Source: Eukaryota sp. TZLM1-RC (lineage: Eukaryota; Protista; Metamonada: BaSk clade). Taken from it: a stretch of 64,000 nt of DNA. Shown piece by piece: positions 58,500-64,000 of this stretch. Every line of letters begins with the position of its first letter. Within the stretch, counting starts at the first letter, position 1. The stretch lies in contig JAUPSS010000011.1 in NCBI GenBank assembly GCA_040285825.1, positions 1,127,658 to 1,191,657 on the forward strand, read 5' to 3'. The notes below the pieces were generated by a model that was not told where the DNA came from, did not search any database, and worked only from the letters and a program-made list of their open reading frames with translations. The position numbers and the translations under genes were made by a program.

Positions 58500-60570
58500 G
58501 ATGAAAAGTATATTGAGTATTTAATCAACAACAACTTTGTTTTGCAAACTTTTTGATTGATCTTGAAGACAGTTGCTCAAGTTGCCTAATCTCCCAAATT
58601 CCCAACATTTATGGCATTCTTCTTAATGATCACCAATGGACCACTGCAATGAGAATGAGATGTTTTCTATGGCCTTGTTCATTACCAAATGATTTAATTT
58701 GTCGCTGCAAGAGTGTTGTTACGCTTTCCCATATTTTAAACTGTAGGTATTTTATAACTTATCGCTCAATTGTTCATGACTCAGTTCGTGATCAATTATA
58801 TGCCATGTGCAAAAGTTTCAATATAGAGGCATTTATTGAGCCACTAGTACGTAAGCTGTCTTCAGATCAAACTGATGATCCCTTGGGTAAAAGGAGGGCA
58901 GATTGAGTAGCTCCAGGGATCGATGGTGTTCTCAATGTTGTAGATGTTGTCTCAGTTGATGTTTGCAAAAATTCTGCTGCTCGTTTAGTGTATTCCGCCC
59001 ATTCGCCGCTGTCTAACGCCGAAAAAGAAGATAAAAAAATATGAAGAACCTTTGGCACAATTAGGTAGAGTGGAACATGTGAAATATCAGTTTGTGCCGT
59101 TTGCAATTTCTCATTTTTGGCAATATTGGACCTTTCAGGGTTGCACTTTTTGAAAATTTTAAAAAAGTGTTACTGAATAGGTCTGGTAAAACAATGAACT
59201 CCACTTTCTGGTTAAATAGAATTGTTTTTTTGCTTTTTCAAGTCTATTCCAACAATGATGTCAAAGGCACTTTTAGCTATTGGTGTAGAATATGAACGTC
59301 ATGCTGTGAGTAGGTTCAGTAATAGTGACGCTTGTTTGGAGGATCTTGAATTCAAGATGGGTTTTTTTATCTCAATATATATTCCAGTTTTAAAAAAATC
59401 AACAACAAATTATCAAAAAGCATTCCTGGCAATTGTTTGGATCAATCCAGACAATCTAAATGACTTCACATTCCAAATATTGAATGAATTGACTTTGTGT
59501 AGTTCGTGAAGAGGGTGATGGGTAAATATCCTTTTCATGTATGAAAAAAATTTACTGTTTGAGTGACAACTTCGTTTTGATCATATTCCTTTGAATGAAT
59601 CACATCCTTCATTAATTTTTCCTGAATACATAGTGCAGGAACTACCTGTTGATGTGTGGAATAGGAGTATTCCTTCATGTTTGCCTTCTGTACCTTCGAG
59701 ATCTTTTACCAATGTTCATCTTGCTGTTGTGAAAATACAGAAGTCTGTTCTAATGGGTTTTGAAGACCTAGATTTTTTGAACGACTTAGTATGACTATGA
59801 TTAATAATCCGTCTTTGCTGCCTTTTTATCAGACATTCAGAACTGTACTAGTTTAATATCTCAGCAACCAAGGCCATTTGGTCTTCGCTTAACAAATGAA
59901 GCATGGAAACAAAACATGCGGTTGAGATTAGGGATGTATCCAAGTGGTCTTTTGGATAATTCTTATTGCATTTGTAACAAAAACCTACTGCCAATTTCCG
60001 TCATATTGTGAGCTGTAGAAAATTTCTCCAATATAGGTCAGGTCATTTCTTCATAATGCAGTTTGTGATGTGGCATATGAGATGTTTAAGTGTTACAATT
60101 TTAGGTGCAAAGTAGAACCGTTGTTGAAGCATTATAGCGATAATAATCTATTTAATTCATGTCGGGGTGATTCAATTGCTCCTTTTCTGGAGTCCTCCCA
60201 AGTTGTTGTTGATTTCACTACAGTTGAAACCTTCGCTTTTATTTATCGTGATGATGTTTTTACCTAGTGCTAATGGTCATTTAAAACAAGGCTGAAGATC
60301 GTAAAAAGGATAAATATACTGAGATATTAAATGATTTAAATAAGAATCATTACTCAAAGTTTTTCGTTTGTTCCATTTGCCTTTTCTATTTTTGTCAACA
60401 TTGGACAGTTCGCCTTGCATTTTATCAATGATTTTGGAAATTTGTGTCGTTCAAGTGGTAACAATTTTTCGCTGTGTACAGAAGCGCTCCCAAATAATTT
60501 TGTTTCATTTTGTGCTTTAGTTTGATTTGATTCTGGGTAGAAAATCAATATTGTTGTTAAAAAAATACAG
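58500..60570 (+). mobile_element. Family B fragment (~58500-59400) followed by family A fragment (~59568-60570)
   Basis: Third copy of the B+A block at 370-2432; here A runs directly into the hub with no family C. Confidence 0.85.
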
Positions 60571-60571
60571 C

Positions 60572-63500
60572 AATTTCTCACAAAAGGAAATTTTTTGCGA
60601 ATAACATGCAAAAATCAAGATCCACAAATACCGAAAATGCCCAATCTTCAGAATCACCCTCACTGATCAAGCACCATGCAGTCAGACCCGGAAATGGGAA
60701 AAGGAAATGCTGGCTCCTACTTTGGGGTTCCCACTTTGATTTAGTGAGAAAGATTGGTAAAACTGTTCAACAGCGCTATTATGAAATTGGTCTTTCATTA
60801 GACATTTCTAAATGTTTATTGATTGGTAGAGACTCCATGATTGGGTGAGTTGCATGTAGTTTTTTTATGTACCAGAAGTGACCAATTTGTGATCAAACTG
60901 TTTGTGAGATTGTGAGTGAGTAATGTTAGCTATGTGTTGCTTAGTTGTTCCAAACTTATGATTACATTTTTCAATTGATTTTGTATATATTTAAATTAAT
61001 TGAGTTCATTAATTTTTATAAACATTAAATGGTTAATAAATCCAAAAAAATCCAAAAGTTTGCAATTGAATGTTGAAACTCAATAAAACGTTTTTGTAAG
61101 CGTAAGAGTATCGTTTTTGATACGCGTTACTCTTATTTAAAATTAAGATGAAAATATTTGAGCACTTCAAAAACTACCAACATATCGATCATTTCTGTTT
61201 TTTTGGAAGTATATAATTCAAAGCACTGTGGCATTTAAAGTTATTCTTCAAAATAATACAACTAATTTCTGCCGTTACCTCATTCCATCCAAATTGGTAA
61301 AAAAGGTATCTCTGTTCTAGTGTTAAAAATCTATGGACACTCAAAAAGCGGGGGCAACACTTTGGTTAATTAAATTTAAGTCTTTTAAATTGAATATTTC
61401 GAAATTTGATCAGAAACAGCTTCTATTCGCCTTTTTTATTTATCGCGATGATGTTTTACTTAGTACTAATGGTCATTTTAAACAAGGCTGAAGATCGTAA
61501 AAATGGATAAATATACTGAGATATTAAGTGATTTAAATAAGAATCATTACTCAAAGTTTTCGTTTGTTTCATTTGCCGTTTCAATTTTGTCAACATTGGA
61601 CAGTTGGCCTTGCATTTTTATCAATGATTTTCGTAATTTGTGTCGTTCAAGTGGTAACAATTTTCGCTGTGTACAGAAGCGCTCCCAAATAATTTTGTTT
61701 CATTTGTGCTTTAGTTTGATTTGATTCTGGTAGAAAATCAATATTGTTGTTAAAAATACAGCAATTTCTCACAAAAGGAAATTTTTGCGAATAATATGCA
61801 AAATCAAGATCCACAAATACCGAAAATGCCCAATCTTCAGAATCACCCTCACTGATCAAGCACCATGCAGTCGGACCCGGAAAGTGGGAAAGGAAATGCT
61901 GGCTCCCTACTTTGGGGTTCCCACTTTGATTTAGTGAGAAAGATTGGTAAAACTGTTCAACAGCGCTATTATGAAATTGGTCTTTCATTAAACATTTCTA
62001 AATGTTTACTGATTGGTAGAGACCCCATGATTGGGTGAGTTGCATGTAGTTTTTTATGTACCAGATGTGACCAATTTGTGATCAAACTGTTTGTGAGATT
62101 GTGAGTGAGTAATGTTAGCTATGTGTTGCTTAGTCGTTCCAAACTTATGATTACATTTTCAATTGATTTTGTATATATTTAAATTAACTGAGTTCATTAA
62201 TTTTTTATAAACATTAAATGGTTAATAAATGCAAAATCCAAAAGTTTGCAATTGAATGTTGAAAACTCAATAAAACGTTTTTGTAAGCGTAAGAGTATCG
62301 TTTTTTTGATACGCGTTACTCTTTATTTAAAAATTAAGAAGAAAATATTTGAGAACTAAAAAAACTACCAACATATCGATCTTTTCTGTTTTTTGGAAGT
62401 ATATAATTCAAAAGCACTGTGGTATTTAATGTTATTTTCAAAATAATACAACTAATTTCTGCCGTTACCTCATTCCATCCAAATTGGTAAAAAGGCATCT
62501 CTGTTCTAGTGTTAAAAAAATCTATGGACACTCAAAAGCGGGGCAACACTTTGGTTAATTAAATTTAAGTCTTTTAAATTGAATATTTCGAAATTTGATC
62601 AGAAACAGCTTCTATTCGCCTTTTTTTTATTTATCGCGATGATGTTTTACTTAGTACTAATGGTCATTTTAAAACAAGGCTGAAGATCGTAAAATGGATA
62701 AATATACTGAGATATTAAGTGATTTAAATAAGAATCATTACTCAAAGTTTTTCGTTTGTTCTCATTTGCCTTTTCTGATTTTTGTCAACATTGGACAGTT
62801 CGCCTTGCATTTTACTCAATGATTTTCGTAATTTGTGTCGTTCAAGTGGTGAGAAGTTTGCAGGAATTTATGGAAGATTCGCATCATTTTTCGCTTTGTA
62901 CAGAAGCTCCCAAATAATTTTGTTTCATTTGTGCTTTAGTTTGATTTTGATTCTGGGTAGAAAAATCAATATTGTTGTTAAAAATACAGCAACAATTTCT
63001 CACAAAAGGAAATTTTTTTGCGAATAACATGCAAAATCAAGATCCACAAATACCGAAAAATGCCCAATCTTCAGAATCACCCTCACTGATCAAGCACCAT
63101 GCAGTCAGACCCGGAAAGTGGGAAAGGAAATGCTGGCTCCCACTTTGGGGTTCCCACTTTGATTTAGTGAGAAAGATTGGTAAAACTGTTCAACAGCGCT
63201 ATTATGAAATTGGTCTTTCATTAAACATTTCTAAATGTTTACTGATTGGTAGAGACTCCATGATTGGGTGAGTTGCATGTAGTTTTTTTATGTACCAGAT
63301 GTGACCAATTTGTGATCAAACTGTTTGTGAGATTGTGAGTGAGTAATGTTAGCTATGTGTTGCTTAGTCGTTCCAAACTTATGATTACATTTTCAATTGA
63401 TTTTTGTATATATTTAAATTAATTGAGTTCATTAATTTTTATAAACATTAAATGGTTAATAAATCCAAAATCCAAAAAGTTTGCAATTGAATGTTGAAAA

Positions 63501-64000
63501 CTCAATAAAACGTTTTTTTGTAAGCGTAAGAGTATCGTTTTTGATACGCGTTACTCTTATTTAAAATTAAGATGAAAATATTTGAGCACTAAAAACTACC
63601 AACATATCGATCTTTTCTGTTTTTTTGGAAGTATATAATTCAAAGCACTGTGGCATTTAAATTTATTCTTCAAAAATAATACAACTAATTTCTACCGTTA
63701 CCCCATTCCATCCAAATTGGTAAAAAGGTATCTCTGTTCTGGTGTTAAAAAAATCTATGGACACTCAAAAAGCGGGGCAACACTTTGGTTAATTAAATTT
63801 AAGTCTTTTAAATTGAATATTTCGAAATTTTGATCAGAAACAGCTTCTATTCGCTTTTTTATTTATCGCGATGATGTTTTTACTTAGTACTAATGGTCTT
63901 TTTAAACAAGGCTGAAGATCGTAAAATGGATAAATAACTGGGATATTAAATGATTTAAATAAGAATCTTTACTCAAAGTTTTCGTTTGTTCCTTTGCCTT
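60572..64000. repeat. Second array of the ~1.2-kb composite tandem repeat (~3 units, runs off the window)
   Basis: Hub starts at ~60573, 61764 and 62996; same unit as 27184-30990. Confidence 0.95.

Noticed and set aside
1-64000. Telomeric repeats, rRNA, tRNA or spliced-leader genes
   Set aside because: None recognised by eye; TTAGGG occurs only as isolated hexamers, e.g. inside family A. A covariance-model search would be needed to exclude divergent RNAs

Overview
AT-rich eukaryotic (probably protist) DNA with no recognisable ordinary single-copy housekeeping gene; the species cannot be established from the sequence. The window is a patchwork of repeated modules. (1) Three long, intronless, minus-strand paralogues encode an S/P/H-rich N-terminus, an RCC1-like repeat region, a degenerate LRR region and a C-terminal array of near-identical 84-bp (28-aa, RNI/NLRC3-like) LRR units. 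The arrays have 9, 10 and 17 units, and two codons per unit are hypervariable. (2) More than 25 5'-truncated fragments come from at least three families (A, B, C) of RLE-type non-LTR retrotransposons (RT + CCHC zinc knuckle + PD-(D/E)XK endonuclease, CRE-like). Nearly all are on the + strand, including a head-to-tail ~2.03-kb array. (3) Host-gene fragments are interleaved on the + strand: UBE2Q-like E2 x4, STPG/ODF3 PGP-repeat x4, saposin-B x2 and an unknown 147-aa ORF x3. (4) A ~150-bp double-hairpin 'hub' element occurs 11 times at module junctions. (5) There are 3.5-kb and 1.2-kb tandem repeats and multi-kb segmental duplications. The leading candidate for a new system is a diversified RCC1-LRR receptor family, shuffled by repeat cassette and embedded in a retroelement-built, recombination-prone array. 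Boundaries of degenerate modules were read by eye and are approximate. Many frameshifts lie in homopolymers and may be assembly errors.
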